A stretch of DNA of 64,000 nucleotides from positions 34,968,001 through 35,032,000 of the forward strand of contig NC_043015.1 of NCBI RefSeq assembly GCF_006345805.1. Direction: 5' to 3'. The position numbers and the translations under genes were made by a program. How positions within the stretch are numbered: the first letter of the stretch is position 1; each line of letters begins with the position of its first letter. Below are positions 63,251-64,000 of this stretch, piece after piece. Source of the stretch: Octopus sinensis. Lineage: Eukaryota. The notes below the pieces were generated by a model, which was not told the DNA's origin, did no database searches, and was given only the letters and a program-made list of their open reading frames with translations.

Positions 63251-64000
63251 TATAACCAGAAAACAAAAGCTCTAAGAGTCCCAACATATATAAAAGACAT
63301 TAAATGAAACAAAACAGCACTCATAGGCACTACATCTGCCCAACATATAGTAATAGTAATATATAAATAATATATTACATTCATTTTAGATTATGGCAAT
63401 ACTGCTAGTTCCCCTAATTTCTACATAGTAAACTGTACAGTTCAGATCATCATAGTGTGTTTACAGATACATCCAAAGACCACTTATACAACAAAACAAA
63501 AATACTAAAAATAAAAGATCCTTAGAGTAGTTCATTTTGACACATGAAAACAATCCTGGGGCCACATTGACATTTAAGAAGAAACCTGCACAAAAAATTG
63601 TTTTGTGCTGATGAAGATTACCAGCTTCAACTACATGCACATAGCGTTCAAGCAACTTATGAAAAGGAGAATTTCCAAGACAATAGTTATTATACGTTGG
63701 TTACAACAAGCTACCTTTTGAAATCATTATTCTACGTTAGAATAAGCCTTGAAGCCAGCCTAGTATAAATGGACAAATTTGTCAGCCCTGCCTAGGCAGT
63801 AGCTTGACCGTATGCTGTAGGTCTGCTTGATAGAATACACCTGGAGCTACACAACAATATCAATATCACCAATCTCTACATGTCATCTATTAATTCATTA
63901 TCAAAAAGCAGGATTTTGCTTAAAATTTTTCAGAACTTCATTTAACATTTACTTGATATGCCTAATTCAGGTGTGAGAGCTTTTTATCAATTACACAAGA

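Noticed and set aside
63461-63655. Minus-strand ORF with IFCAGF…PG, loosely like the WRAP53 LFCGF…RPG repeat
   Set aside because: Spacing and residues do not align convincingly, and no compatible splice sites were identified.

Overview
Eukaryotic, AT-rich, repeat-dense genomic DNA. The repeat families suggest a coleoid cephalopod, probably Octopus (inference). Three spliced genes were reconstructed by hand from GT-AG junctions and reading-frame phase. (1) The last three exons of a CIN85/CD2AP (SH3KBP1/cindr-like) adaptor, + strand, 2547-8121. (2) A complete five-coding-exon, ~300-aa divergent Na+/K+-ATPase beta-subunit-like gene, + strand, 22398-49789. (3) The last four exons of WRAP53/TCAB1, - strand, 61677-58157, convergent with gene 2. 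The rest is mostly transposon debris: many RTE-clade LINEs (one young, near-intact, with a PHD-like insert and a 2.9-kb hierarchically repeated 3' UTR), CR1/L2-type LINEs, Penelope-like fragments, tRNA-derived SINEs, non-autonomous Helitrons, mariner/Tc1/pogo/piggyBac-type remnants and kb-scale (TA)n microsatellites. Most long ORFs in the supplied track (Y/I/C/V/H-rich) are microsatellite artefacts. The most unusual observations are: four conventional-order hammerhead-ribozyme motifs (one intact, three degenerate); a fifth hammerhead-like motif whose strands are in a non-circularly permuted order; an 11-kb (TA)n landing pad hosting many unrelated elements; a pump beta-subunit lacking its alpha-interaction motifs; and an ATP1B-WRAP53 adjacency echoing human 17p13.1.
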